This document shows positions 48,481 through 61,893 of a stretch of 64,000 nt of DNA, one piece after another; within the stretch, counting starts at the first letter, position 1, and every line of letters starts with the position of its first letter. Origin of the DNA: Vicugna vicugna (taxonomy: Eukaryota); NCBI GenBank assembly GCA_013265495.1, contig MU062665.1, positions 1,283,541 to 1,347,540 on the forward strand. Direction: 5' to 3'. The translations under genes and the position numbers were made by a program. A model generated the notes under the pieces. That model was given only the letters and a program-made list of their open reading frames with translations. It had not been told where the DNA came from and did not search any database.

Positions 48481-51089
48481 CTAGACTACAGAGGATGCTT
48501 ATCCAGGTCTATGTGGGAAGATTTGCACATGAAGAAAGCTACAGTTTAGTTCAGTGTTCCTCCTTGGTGACTGCGTGGCACTGGAATGGTTTTCACCAAG
48601 ACCCTGTTCCCCTTGGTCTCTTTGTGCACAGAGCTATGAGGCCAGGTCTGACTGTAGGGTCCTGCATGCAAACTGTGCATGGCCAGCAAGGAGGCTTAAG
48701 GACCGTCAGCAGCTGACAAACCTTCTTCTCTACCAGGCGTTTGGAGCTGAAACGCACAGATACACGGCTCCCTCTCTAGGGAGCGTTACAGGCAGTGAGA
48801 ATGCTGCATTCTTTGGCTGCAAAACCACACCCTCAATGCCAGCAACATGGAGTCTCCCGTCACCAAAGGAAAAAGCCACAGAAGAGTAAATATAGCTCAT
48901 TTATAGATGCCTTGGTAGAGGTAAGCTCTGTTATCTACGCCCTCTAGAGACATCATTCCATCTGCGGGAGGAGAGTTAAAAAACGTCTTAAGCAGGAAAC
49001 CTAGAACACTTCCAAGGCATGAGCTGTTTGTCTTGCTCAGGCCTGTCTGCTGGCTCTGTCTAACTCAGACCGCGGTGAATGTTTGCTGGGCCCAACCTCT
49101 GCTCTCTTGGGGTCAGAAATAAGAAAAGAAAATGAGTCTCGGTCTCCCGGCCCCGTACTCTGGTGACCTCAGTTGAGAAGCCTGGTGCCAACTGGCACCA
49201 AGTGCAGGGCAGAGCTGAGAGTCGACTTGGCACTCCCAGCCTGGCCCCGTCTTCTCTCGGTGGGCAGTGACCCAAAGCAGTCTTTCCCTCCGCTCCCTCT
49301 CCCTGAGGCCCCATGTTCAATTAAAACGGTCAGGTACACAAATTAGCATCAGAACCAAAATGGTTTCCTGGGAAACTAATGACAAAAATCCCAGTTTTAA
49401 AACGTTTTCTTTGCGACCTAGAGAGCAAAGCCATGCCTTTCACAAGGACAAAAGCCCTGAGCCAAAGAACTCCATCTCATATAAAGTGTCATTGACCAAA
49501 GACTCTGGGATAGATGAAAAGTGCTACTGGAGGCTTTCAGGACCTGCTTTATGTATTTTCCTATACCTTGCTCCCATATAATCCTTGCCCACCATTCACT
49601 CATGCCTGTTGTCACCAAAGTGAAACATTTCCTTGTTAATTTCTTTTCCCAGCGGTCCTCCTTCCTGCAAGAAGTTGAACTCTTCAGAACGCAAGCAGAG
49701 GATGCGTCAGAAACTTTTGTCATTGTCAGGTAGAGGAGGCTCAGTATCATACCTCCACGCATCAAAATATACCCCTCGGAAATTATCTGAGAAAAAAATT
49801 TGCCAATAATAATAATGTGTATTTACGTAGTGATTAATAGTTTACAAAATGCCTTCACATATGTTTCCTCAATTCAACTTCACAATAGTTGCAGTAGAAA
49901 CAATAGATTTGGTCTTTATGTGATGTCTTTCCTAGGAGCATTCATTCAGTTGGTGAACGTTCTGAGAGCCTCCTGTGTGCCTGGCCTTGTGGAATGTACC
50001 AGGGGACACAGCTATCAAGACATGGCTCCTTCTGAGAGGAGCTGAGTCTTGGGGGGAAAATAGAAAACAGACAATTAAAATCCATATAAACCTTCTGACC
50101 GAGGTATATGGCACGCTGTGGGAACACATAAGGGCCTTCAGTGCAGAATTTCAATATCAGATAATCCCTTTCTCTGAAGAAATTAAACTCCTTGATAATG
50201 GACTTTCTGGTATGCTAACAAGCTAGTACGTGAGGTATCAGCAGAAAGGGCTTCCTGAGGACCCCTGAATCGCACAGCATTGGCTGTATTTTTCCTAGAG
50301 GGTGTAACTACGGTAGGCATGTAATTTGTATGTATTGTACATAGAATGACACTATGAAACCACAGCAGTATGCTGGTCATAGCACTAGGCGGGGCTCTGA
50401 ATGCACAGGCTTGATTCTTTCACAGTATTCCAGGATCCCCGTACTCTCCACCTGCACGTTAGACTCCAAATACAGAGTAGCGCCTTCTGTATGCAGCCAT
50501 GGCTTAAGATCCTTTATAATTCCCTTTGATTGGCATTTTCTTCAGAATCTGGGGGTAATATTTCCCCCTCTCTTTTTCTCTTGTTTTTTGATTACAAAAG
50601 TAATACATGTACACTATTTAAAGAAACAAAGTTTCCCAGTCACCCAGCCCCAAATGCTGTTAACGTTTTGGGGCCTATCCTTCCAGGGTTTTTTAATGCA
50701 TGTGTTTACGTATATATTTTCACAGGAATGGGGCCACATTATACATAGTATTCAACAACTTGCTTGAGAAATAGCTCTCAGATATCTCTGCACGTTGGTA
50801 GACTTCACATTCATTTATGACTGCAGAGCCATTCACTATATAGATGCACCCTGATTTATTTAAGCCATCTTCTGCTAACAAACACTGGGCTGTTTTTATA
50901 ATTTTTCAGTCTTATCAACAATGCTGTAATTAATAATAGTCTTTTAAAATATTCATTTGCACATTGGTTTGAGTATTTCTAGAAGTTGAATGGATGGCCT
51001 ATTCTTTACAGATCCTTAATAAGGGAAAAGCTTCAACATTTGAGGATAATAAATAAGTTGCTTGAAAATATTTTTGATGAAAATAAAAC

Positions 51090-51330
51090 TTGACAGTAAG
51101 TGAGGGAAGATTTATTGAGCAGCTACTAACTATGTGCCAATCACAGGGCTAAAAATTTGCATTATCTTATTACTCCTAGAAATTCTGAATATTTTGAAAT
51201 TATTATTCTCATTTTAGAGATGAGGAAAGTACACCAGAGAGGCTAAACTTTTCCAAGGTAACACAGTTCGCAAATGACAGAGCCAAGATTGGAACTTGGG
51301 TCTTTCTCATTCTTTCCACTACATCATTCC
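51090..51330 (-). mobile_element. MIR SINE
   Basis: atttattgagcagctact...ctcattttagagatgaggaaa...ccaaggtaacacag. Confidence 0.8.
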
Positions 51331-53413
51331 CTCCAAGTAGTGTAAAATCACATTGCTGATTTCTTGGTTTACACTTCAATTGATTCTAAAGAAAACCTCA
51401 AAAACATTTTGAGCAGCTTCAGAAATGCTGACATAATTATAAATCTTCTCAAACCTGTATTTCAAAGACACTACTCATCCGAAACATACAAATTTTGCTA
51501 CGTTAATTATAATACATCTCAATTTAGTTACCTCTTCTCCCTTTTGTTACTGAGTAACAGTGCTCTATATAAAAATAATGCATCTAAAATACACACATTT
51601 CTTTATTCTTAGATCCCTCTACTCTGGGTTTATGCAAATTCTTTTAAAATAATAGTAAGAAAGCAAGCTCATTATGAAGTCACTTTGGCTACATGCTTCA
51701 TTTTACTTGAATAGAACTAACTTGCCATCCAAATGGTCTATTCTTTGCTTATTAATTAACCACCTCTTTCCTTTTAACCTGCTTTTGAAAACCCACTAGT
51801 TCTATTTTTAAGGTTTTTTCTTTCCCCCTGGGGTAGTTTCCTCAGGAAACAAAATACAGAAACCATGAGACGGGATGGGTGGAAGGAAAAAAAGGTCAAA
51901 CCAAGGGGCCAAAAGAACAATAGTCAGATACTTCCACCTCTTTGAATGGTGTGTCTCCATTGCTTCACTTCAGATCATCAGCTCACAAGGCAATACTTGT
52001 GTTTTCCAATGTAATGTCTTACTCATAAGTGATTTGCTCGTCAGCACTGGGTTTTCCCTTTGTTCTAGAATCTTTCCTGGCATCGTTCTTCTGTACTTCC
52101 ATAGCACCGTCTGCGTACTCCCATCACATCACTTGTCACACGGATAAGATACCTAACTTCATCTACATCCAGCCCAATCCCAAAAAATTTCCCAATTTTT
52201 CCTTATTATGCCATTTTGAAAGTTCCCAGCAAGGTCCCCCCAGTACATTTTCTTATTCTTAAAAAAATTATCATTTTTATTGAACATTAAGTTATGAAGA
52301 AAAGATCTCTAAATCATATTATTAAATGAAAAAGGCAAAGTGAAGGAAGTATATATGATATACGACCATGTACCAAGGATAGAAAAACTACCTGGTTTTG
52401 GTCATTTGGAGTGAAATGAAGATTTTTACTGGGCAGATGAGAAATGAGGACAGGAGGAGATTTCACTCCAAGAGTTGCTCCAAGAGTTGATAACCATAAT
52501 AAGAAATAATAAATGAATGAAATAGTTTTGAAAAACACAAAGACAAAGAACCCGTTCCAGAAGAATGTTCAGGTCAGTGAGTGTTTTACACAAATCTGGT
52601 AATCCAAGGCATCCGGCATTATGGACAATTTGGCCAATGGTCTGAAAGCAATCAGTTGGTAACGGAAAGTACTGATACAACTATATGTGTTCCATTTCCT
52701 GCACTGCACATGCCTACAGGCCGGGCTGCGGCTCTCTCATACAGGTAGGACTCCATCATATTCAGCAGTAACCGGTAAAGACTGCACACAGAATCCCTTT
52801 AACTCTAAGAGGAGCAAGATGCCATTTCAGTGTGATTTGTTGAGTCCTAAAAACACAACACAGTGGAGTTGATATCAACTCAATTTCTACTTAATAATAT
52901 AAGACAGAAGGCAGTCAAGTAAACAACTGCCCTCATTCACATTCTCACTCTCATCTGGGGGAATGGATAACCTGCCCAGCCCAGCCCACATGGTCCCCAA
53001 CACAAGTGACTTGAGGAAGCCAAGACCAGTTCTCAGAGAATCTGAGAACTTTGCTAGCTTTGTTACCTTCCCACAGTATAATCAAGTACCAAGCAAAGAC
53101 TTCGAACATGCTCCTCAGAGCCCGACTCTCCCACCCACTGAGGTAGCTGCCCCTAACCTCAGTAGGATGGGAGCAGTGCCACTGATGATTCCAGCACAGA
53201 GCAAGGACAGCTCCATGGCACAGAGCTTCCGTGCTCTTCATCTATGCTCTCCATGTTTCTTTCCTCCTTTTGAAATATGAACCCCTATTCTGCTTTAAAA
53301 TTTGCTACCAGCCTCAAAACATATCAAAAAGAAGTTAACCAGAAACTGTAAGAACTACACTTCAAAAAGTTTGTTTGGTTATATTGAAATAGTAAAGGCA
53401 TTAAAGTTCTATG

Positions 53414-54239
53414 TCAGAGAACTGCAAATCAAAACTACAATGAAGTATCACCTCACACAAGTTAGAATGGCCATCATTCAAAAGTCCACAAATGATAAAT
53501 GCTGGAGAGGCTGTGAAGGAAAGGGAACCCTCTACACTGCTGCTGGGAATGCAGTTTGGTGCAGCCATTATGGAAAACAGTATGGAGATTCCTCAAAAAA
53601 ATAAAAATAGACCTACCATATGATCTAGCAATCCCACTTCTGGGTATATATCTGGAGGGAACTCTAATTTGAAAAGACGCATGCACCCCAATGTTCACAG
53701 CAGCACTATTTACAATAGCCAAGACATAGAAGCAACCTAAGTGTCCATCAACAGATGAGTGGATAAAGAAGTTGTGCTATATTTATACAATGGAATACTG
53801 CTCGGCCAAACTAAGAATAAAATAATGCCATTTGCAGCAACATGGATGGACCTAGAGATCATCATTCTAAGCGAAGTAAGCCAGAAATAAAAAGAAAAAT
53901 ACCATATGATATCACTCATATGTGAAATCTAAGATTAAAAAAAAGGACACTATGTACTCACCTACAAAACAACAGAAACAGACTAGCAGACATAGTTAAC
54001 AATCCTAGAAAAGGGGTGGGAAGGGATAAATTTGGGAGTTTGAGATTTACAAATGTTAGCCACTATATATGAAAGTAGATTTTTAAAAGTTTCATCTGTA
54101 TAGCACAGGGAACTATGTTCAATATCTTGTGATAACCTTTGACGAAAACAAATATATCTGTGTATGTGCATGACTGGGACATTGTGCTGTACACCAGAAA
54201 ATGACATCATAATTTACTGTACTTCAATTTAAAAAAAAA
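53414..54239 (+). mobile_element. Young L1 3' fragment with poly(A)
   Basis: ORF2 C-terminus ([32 protein letters not shown]) through 3'UTR to A9; only an imperfect TSD (gttcta). Confidence 0.92.
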
Positions 54240-54802
54240 TGTTCTAAAGGCAAATTCACCATCTAAAAAAACAAAACAAAAACCCTAGGGTAGAATAAAT
54301 CCCAAGGCCATCCCTAAAAGTGGCTGGCCTTCAGTGTCCTTTGCTTGGAGATGACCAAGGGTAGACACCGCCTGCTGCCCACCCTGAGAGCGGAATGGAC
54401 TGGACATGACTGCAGGTCTTCTCCACGCGCACATGCATTTCCCTGGCCTCCTGAGAGCAGGATAAACGGCAGCTCAATCTCTGTCATATCGCTCCTGTAG
54501 CAGATGAGATTTCATCTAGATAGTTATTTTAAGCCTAACTTTAGAAAACTTAAAGAGACTAAAAACCAGGAGAGCAGTGTGGAACTAACTTACAGCTTCT
54601 GCCAGACAAAGTCCGCTGGATTCAGTGGGTCCTCAGTTCTTCCAGACTAGGACCCCACGGGAGCTGGCAGTGCATAGCTGGATAACTCCTTTCATTCTAG
54701 GAACCTAAATCTGAGATAGTCATTAAAATGTCTGACCTGTAATCTGAACTTTTATGTTTTTCTTTTAAAAAAGACTATAAACACTAACCAAAAAAAGTCT
54801 TC

Positions 54803-55211
54803 TCAGTCTATCTTATGTTGCCCGCAGGTAGTTTATTTGGAGAATGCTATCAGTAACAAAACCTGTAAGGGAGTGAGGGAGGTGGGACAGGGCAAAAGGA
54901 GAGGTTGAACTTAATTCAGTCACAACAGACTTCAGCTGATCCCCTGGGAGCCTTGAACTTGGGGTGGCACTTCAGAGCTTTCCAGAATTAAAATAAGAGG
55001 GTGGGTCTTCTATCCCTGCAAAGACCAATCACTGGATATGGGCCACCCTCGGGAGGGGGTGGGACTGGTTGAGGCACTTCTCTTGGGCGGAAGGCAGTTC
55101 CTGGAGAGGGACTCAGCCGTGGATGTTCAGCAGCAAATGCCTGGCAGCTGAGAGAATTACTACTCTGGACCACAGAGGGGACCTGGGCAGTACACAACAG
55201 AGTTTACTACA
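54803..55211 (-). mobile_element. LTR16-type solo LTR
   Basis: ggtagtttatttggagaatg...aacctgtaagggagtgaggga...cctgggcagtacacaacagagtttactaca. Confidence 0.75.
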
Positions 55212-57730
55212 TAATCAAACACCAAGATGAATACCAAACAAACGCATCACAGCTCTGAAAGCAGCATGCAGTCAGCCCAGAGAATACAGCGGTGTGAAAC
55301 TTGATACAGCCGTTTCCTGGCTAAATACGTTAGGAGAGGTCTTGAAGCCATAACTGTCTGTGTATGATTACCTTCTGACTCTGAAATTGCCAGTTCAGTC
55401 AGCAAAAGGAGGCTGATTAAAAGTCATATGTATTCTAAACCCCTCAGAGGCAGGGCCTCTCAGGGCCAATTCAAAAGGAGAGTTCTTACTACAGATTCTT
55501 CCACATTTTTTCCATTTCTGTGTATGCCATGAGCAGGTGGCCACTACCTGCGGCTGATAATTACAGGCTTTATGCTGCACTATGAAAGGAGCTTGTCTGT
55601 GGTGCCGGGGCTGACGGGGAAGTATGCGGCATATGTTTGACCCTGGGGAAGGGGGAAAATATCCTTTTGTTATGGGCCATAGGGTTTTCAAGGCTGCTAT
55701 CCATGGCAAATGTTCACCATGCTTAAAGGCTAAGGGCCAAGCATACAACCTTTTAAGAGCTTGTTGGCAGAAAGTCCATTCACTGAAAGCCTTGGCTGTC
55801 CCACGCAATCGGCGGGTAATCAGAGCCATATTGTGTTCCTCCCTTTGTAAAAAGGTAAAAGTTGTGTGGCTTCTACCACTGAAAATATTGAATATTGCTC
55901 CTTTAATTTTCAATGATAATAATGGTAATAATAATAGAGAAAATATTGCCATGGACTTTGAAGCTGAGAATGGATACTTTGATCTTTGGAGAAACATTTT
56001 CTCTTCTGGGATGGAGCAAGGCAGCCATTTTGACAACACCTAGGAAAACGACACAGAGGTTCTGGGCAGAAATGATGCAAAAGCTCCATTGAAATTACAA
56101 GAACAATTGAAACACAAAATTGGTCCCAGTAATTGGTAATTATGCCCTCCCCTCTCACTCCACTTCCTGTTCACATTCACTGAGAGCTGCCAAACAGGTG
56201 TTTATGTGGTTATTATGGGTATTGAACCATATTGCATCATTATACTACTATTATTAGAATTTGTATTTAATATTAATAGATAATTTATCACAAGATGCTC
56301 ATACTCTAGGTCACAAAGGGATAACAGAAAAGAGTAGAGTGAATGTTTTCTATTATGATAGCAATAATTTTGTTCTTTCTGATTTCTAAAACAATTACTT
56401 GAGAATATGCTAAAAAAAACCATGATGTGTTCAATTATACGAATATTTTGGTATTAGAGACAAAATTGTGAAATTTTAGAATTAGAGGTTACCTCTGAGG
56501 TTTTGGGGTACAAGTCCAACTTTTACAAATGAGGAAAGAGGCCCAGAGACACGGAATTGACCAGGATCTTAACTTTGGAACAAAGATTCAAACCTCCTGA
56601 TTCCCTGGCAGTCTTCTTTCCACTAGGAGAAACGGATGCTCTGGTGTTACCACATGTATATGTTAGCTGCAAATTTTTATTACTAAAAGAAAAGGAAGGC
56701 CTAGATGCTCCTTGACTAGACCAGGTTCAGGATTGTTTCCTATGTCCCAGAGAAAACTGGATTTGAGGCTGGGAACCCCAACTTAGTTTGAGGTGATTAC
56801 TTAACCTTGACTCTGATGAAGCTTATCAGCATATAAACACACGGGCTGCAAGTTTCAGCATTTTGGGTTTTAACATCTCTGTGCCCAGAACCCTCGCAGA
56901 CCTTACAGGGTGGTTGTGACAGCAGCACTCAGTGAGATTTCGAAAACCACTAATAGATGTCGATATCCTTGTTGATTCCAACGTCCCATTTTGTTCAGGT
57001 TCCCACACAGTCACAAACTGATGGCTGGGACACATTCTCCCACTAAGAAGAGTTGAATCATTGTGTTCCACTAAGGCTAAGCTTACAGATCTGGCCCCAC
57101 ACACTCCAAGGACTGGGAAGAGTGGATAAAACAACTAGAGAGGTCAGAAGGCAAGTCACCTGTCCCATCTTTATAAATGTAGCCTTGCCAGTGGTATAGA
57201 GATCTTCAAAAGAAAGCGCCGGCCTTTCTTACTTTTATTTCACAGGGCTTTTCCATGACAGCTAATTCTTGGGGGTGGAAACCTATCTCCCCATTCTCTG
57301 TATGGCTTGAAGACTTCAGTTTGGGTGATGGAGGTGTGCGTGACGAGCAGGCATCTCCTCTAGAATGATGCACAGCCCACCCTAACTAGTCCAATGCAGG
57401 ATGCTGATATGTGCTGATTTGCAAACAATGTGTTTATTTCTTCCAATGAGGGTGTTGTGGATGCCAGTCCCCATCAGCTGCTGGCATGATGCCAGCTGAG
57501 TTTATATTAAGCCTGAAAACACTCCCTTAATGTGCATCTACCTTCTAAAAGACTAGCTCCTCACAAACATCCCTTATTTTCCCTTCCCTTCTTGCTTATT
57601 CAAGGGTCTCCATCATAGAAAAGAGGGTCCCTGAGAGAGTTCTATGACTTGTAAGTGTGAACCACAGCCCCAGACCTCTAAAAGCCACACCTGAGTTGGG
57701 TATAGAGTTGGGATCTTGGCATGAGGTGTT

Positions 57731-58189
57731 GTGTTAGTGAACTAAGGCTGTCATAACGAAGGACCCTGTGCTGGGGGGCTTCAACAACAGCAACTGACTG
57801 ACTCACAGTTGTTGAGGCCAGAAGTCTAATATTAAGATGCAGCAGGGTAGGTTCCTTCTGAGGGCTGTGAGGGAGACGCTTCCATGGCTCTCTCCTCACC
57901 TCTGCTGGGTTGCTGGCTATCTTTGGCTTCCCTTAGTTTGTAGGTGCATCACTCCAATCTCTGCTTTCATTTTCACATGGAGTTCTCCTTGTGTGTGTGT
58001 CTGTCTCTGGGTCTAAACTTCCCCCTTTTTAAAGCACAAAGCCATGTGGGATGCGGGCCTACTCTAATAACCTCATCTTAACTTGCTCATATGCAGAGAC
58101 TCTGTATTTCCAAATCAGGACACATTCTCAGGTACTGGGGGCCAGGACTTTAACATCTTCTTGGAGGGATACAATTCAACTCATAACAG
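57731..58189 (-). mobile_element. MaLR solo LTR (MLT1B/C-like)
   Basis: tgtgttagtgaactaaggctgtcataac...gaggccagaagtc...ggatacaattcaactcataaca. Confidence 0.88.
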
Positions 58190-58479
58190 GTATTTTAATG
58201 CAGATCCAAGGAAGGCAACAGGAAGCACTGAACTGGGCAGATACAGTGCTAATCTCCCCCCATCCCATTGGGTGCTTCTTCGCTCTCCAGCCCTGCCTAA
58301 CTAGCCCCTGGATGGACTTTCCAAAAGGAATCCCCCTATTGGCCTGTCTACTGAGGCCTTGGGGGCTGCTGCTCAGACTCTGGGCCTGGATATCAGTGCT
58401 TCTGATATCCAGCATCTGCCTGGGCTTCTGACCCCTAGTAGTATAGACCAATTGTGTTCCTGGTCCTTTCCACCTGAAC

Positions 58480-58760
58480 TTATAGATGAGGCAATACAAT
58501 ATGAAGGTTAAGAGCATAGGTTCCGAAGCCAGACTCCCAGCTCTGAAACTTAAGAAGTGTCAGATGTGTCAGATGTGTCTCCTGGACAAGTTGCTTAGTT
58601 GCTTAAACTGTCCATGCCTGTTTCTTCACCTATAAGCCCACCACTCAAAGAGCTGTTAAGAAGATAAAATGGAATAATTCATGCAAAGCAGTTAGAACAG
58701 TGCCTGACACATAGTGAACACTCACTAAAGTCAGCTGACGTCATTATTAGCATACCCCTG
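58480..58760 (+). mobile_element. MIR SINE carrying two small tandem duplications
   Basis: MIR core; gtgtcagat repeated near 58557 and agttgctt repeated near 58589. Confidence 0.8.
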
Positions 58761-59639
58761 GCACAATGAGCCAGCGCTGGTTCTTGGAGAGGCAGGCAAA
58801 GCAAGGGTGATGGGTGCAGTGGCAGGCTGGGGAGTGGGCTCCAAGGACAAGCAATGAAGGAAATAAGCCCCTGGAGGGCAAACATCTGCACTGCGGATAG
58901 GAGGAAGCCAGGACTCATCAATGAAGGCATTGATGAGTGGCCACCAACGGGTCAGGAATCATCTGGGCAGAAGACCCTTAGAGGCAACCAAACAAAGGAT
59001 CTGGAGAAACATTTCAGGGTTTCTTGTCTGCATCCTCCCTGGAAGCAGAATGATCTCAGAGTGTGAGCAAGTTTGAGCCTCAGCAGGGACACAGGGAGGT
59101 AGACCAGTAGTATGGATATGTGTTTGGTGTGTGTTTGTGTGTGTGTGCATGTGCATGTAGACATCATCAGGAAGTTCTTGGCTCCACTGCACTGTTACCG
59201 AAACTACTGTACTATATTCTATACTTACAGTCTAAGACTTTGGGGGCCATCCTCACCCTCACCTGCCAAGCCTTCTCTCCAGTTTCTCAATGTCAAGCCC
59301 ACACCTTTCATCCAGAACTGCTGTCACCCTGGGCTGCTGCCACCAGCAGGGGTGCTCTGCTTGCAAAACTCTCTGTTTGGTTGTCACTGTTTAGCTATTA
59401 CCCTACTGCAAAGGAACAACTCAACAAATGAGTTTAAACTATTCACTTTTCAAATATTAGGTTAAGGCTATCTAAAGTTTGATCAAGATATGATGGATAA
59501 GAAATCACTGCCCCTCCTAAAAATTTAGGTTATGATTCAAGTGCTCTTTTAAGAAGCATTTCGGAATGTTGACTGTATGCATTATCCCAGTGCCCAGCAA
59601 CCGTGGCATAACTACATTTCGTCAGTCTTTAGTAATGAA

Positions 59640-60200
59640 AGACATATATGGGTGAAGCATTTGGTCATTCAAAAAAGCACCAACCTTCTCCTGACCCTGC
59701 TCTTCCCTTAGGGTACCACCCTATCTCTCACTTTCCCTCTACTCCCTAAATTGTCAAGAAGCTAGTCTATACTTGTTTCTACTGCCTCACCACCCATAAT
59801 CACACTGGATTGTATAAACTTTAACTCTTTGCATCCTCACTGCTCAGCTAAAATTGCTCTTGGGAGGATGTCATTACCTGTCGCATCGCCAAATCCAATG
59901 GCTGCAAAACAACTCTAACCTTTCTGAATGCTCTGTAGCACTGGGTACATTAAAGAATTTCCTCCTCCCAAGGTTTCCATGACCCTGCGCCACTCTGGGC
60001 TTCCTGTCTCTGACAGCTCCTCCTCTGGATCCTTTTTTACCTGTTCTCCCTTCATCCCCCTAAGTGCAGATGTGGCCAAAGTTTGTGTCTTCTTGCCCTT
60101 CTCCTCCCTCCTTGTACCCTCTCTCTGGCTATGTCTAGTTCACTGGATATGGAAGGGCCTCCAGACAGTGAGTTGTTGGAAACAGAATATCCCAGGCCAG
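59640..60200 (+). mobile_element. L2 fragment
   Basis: catcgccaaatccaatggc...ctttctgaatgctctgtagca...tctctgacagctcctcctct (L2 ORF2/3' region). Confidence 0.7.
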
Positions 60201-60675
60201 GTATGTTTAGCCATGGACTTTGCAGAATCTCCTACCCGGAAATGAGAGCAGGCCCAAGCACCAAAACAGGAGGAAGCAGCATAGCAAAGAAGCACTGGGG
60301 TGCTGTGCTCAGATGTAGCTTAGCATACAGGATGGGCACTGAGGTGTTTGACCACAGGATAAAGGAAGGATTCAAAGCAGTTTGTAGCTCAGCATGCTTT
60401 AAGAAGTTTATTTCTGGTGGTTATACGTAGTAGCTTTAACAGTGTTTCTGACCTCCCCGCGTGGGTAAGATATCCCTCTTATACTTCCCCGTCAAGTCTT
60501 TATCACATTGGATACAGTATATTATACATTTACTAGACTATGTCCACCTGGAGACTGTAAGATCTGGGGAGCAAAGACCGTATACATCATTTTTACCACT
60601 GCATTTCTATCATCCAGACAAGTGCTTGACCCATAGAAGGGGCTAAATAAATATTCGCTTTGAAAGAGCGAATGA

Positions 60676-61893
60676 GGCAAAACATTCTCTGACATAAATC
60701 TCAGCAATGTTTTCCTAGGGCAGTCTACCCAGGCAATAGAAATAAAAGCAAAAATAAACAAATGAGACCTAATTAAACTTATAAGCTTTTGCAAAGCAAA
60801 CGAAGCCATAAGCAAAACAAAAAGACAACCTATGGAATGGGAGAAAATATTTGCAAAAGATGAGACTGACAAGGGCTTAATTTCCAGAATATACAAACAG
60901 CTCTTACAACTTGATAAGAAAAAAAACAAACAAACAACCCAATCCAAAATTGGGCAGAAGACNNNNNNNNNNNNNNNNNNNNNNNNNNNNNNNNNNNNNN
61001 NNNNNNNNNNNNNNNNNNNNNNNNNNNNNNNNNNNNNNNNNNNNNNNNNNNNNNNNNNNNNNNNNNNNNNNNNNNNNNNNNNNNNNNNNNNNNNNNNNNN
61101 NNNNNNNNNNNNNNNNNNNNNNNNNNNNNNNNNNNNNNNNNNNNNNNNNNNNNNNNNNNNNNNNNNNNNNNNNNNNNNNNNNNNNNNNNNNNNNNNNNNN
61201 NNNNNNNNNNNNNNNNNNNNNNNNNNNNNNNNNNNNNNNNNNNNNNNNNNNNNNNNNNNNNNNNNNNNNNNNNNNNNNNNNNNNNAACTCTAATTTGAAA
61301 AGATACATGCACCCCAATGTTCATAACAGCACTATTTACAACAGCCAAGACATAGAAACTACCTGAATGTCCATCAACAAAGGAGTGGGTAAAGAAGCTG
61401 TGGTATATTTGTACAACGGAATACTACTCAGCCATAAAAAAGAATAAAATAATGCCATTTGCAGCAACATGCAGGAGATTGTCATTCTAAGTGAAGAAAG
61501 CCAGAAAGAGAAAGAAAAATACCATATGATACCACTTGTATGTGGAATCTAAAAAAAAAGACAAACAAACTTATTTATAAAATAGAAACAGATTCACAGA
61601 CATTGAAAACAAACTTATGGTTACCCGGGGGGAAAGGGGTGGGAAGGGATAAATTGGGAGTTGGAGATATGCAGATATTAACTAATATATACAAAATAGA
61701 TAAATAACAAGTTCATACTGTATAGCACAGGGAACTATATTCGACATCTTATAGTAACCTATGGTGAAAAAGAATATGAAAACGAATATATGTATGTTCA
61801 TGTATGGCAGAAGCATTATACTGTACACCAGAAATTGATACAACATTGTAAACTGACTACTTCAATAAATAAATACATACATAAAATAAAAAT
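60676..61893 (+). mobile_element. Young L1 3' fragment (about 1.2 kb) with perfect TSD
   Basis: ORF2 C-terminus ([24 protein letters not shown]); TSD aagagcgaatga at 60664-60675 and 61894-61905. Confidence 0.93.

Noticed and set aside
48936-48951. Second CTCF-like motif (rc TCTCTAGAGGGCGT), plus a similar word near 59340
   Set aside because: Only 11/14 match, or needs a gap; common by chance.
55040-55063. G-quadruplex-like run
   Set aside because: Inside an LTR16 relic with one long loop; nothing suggests function.
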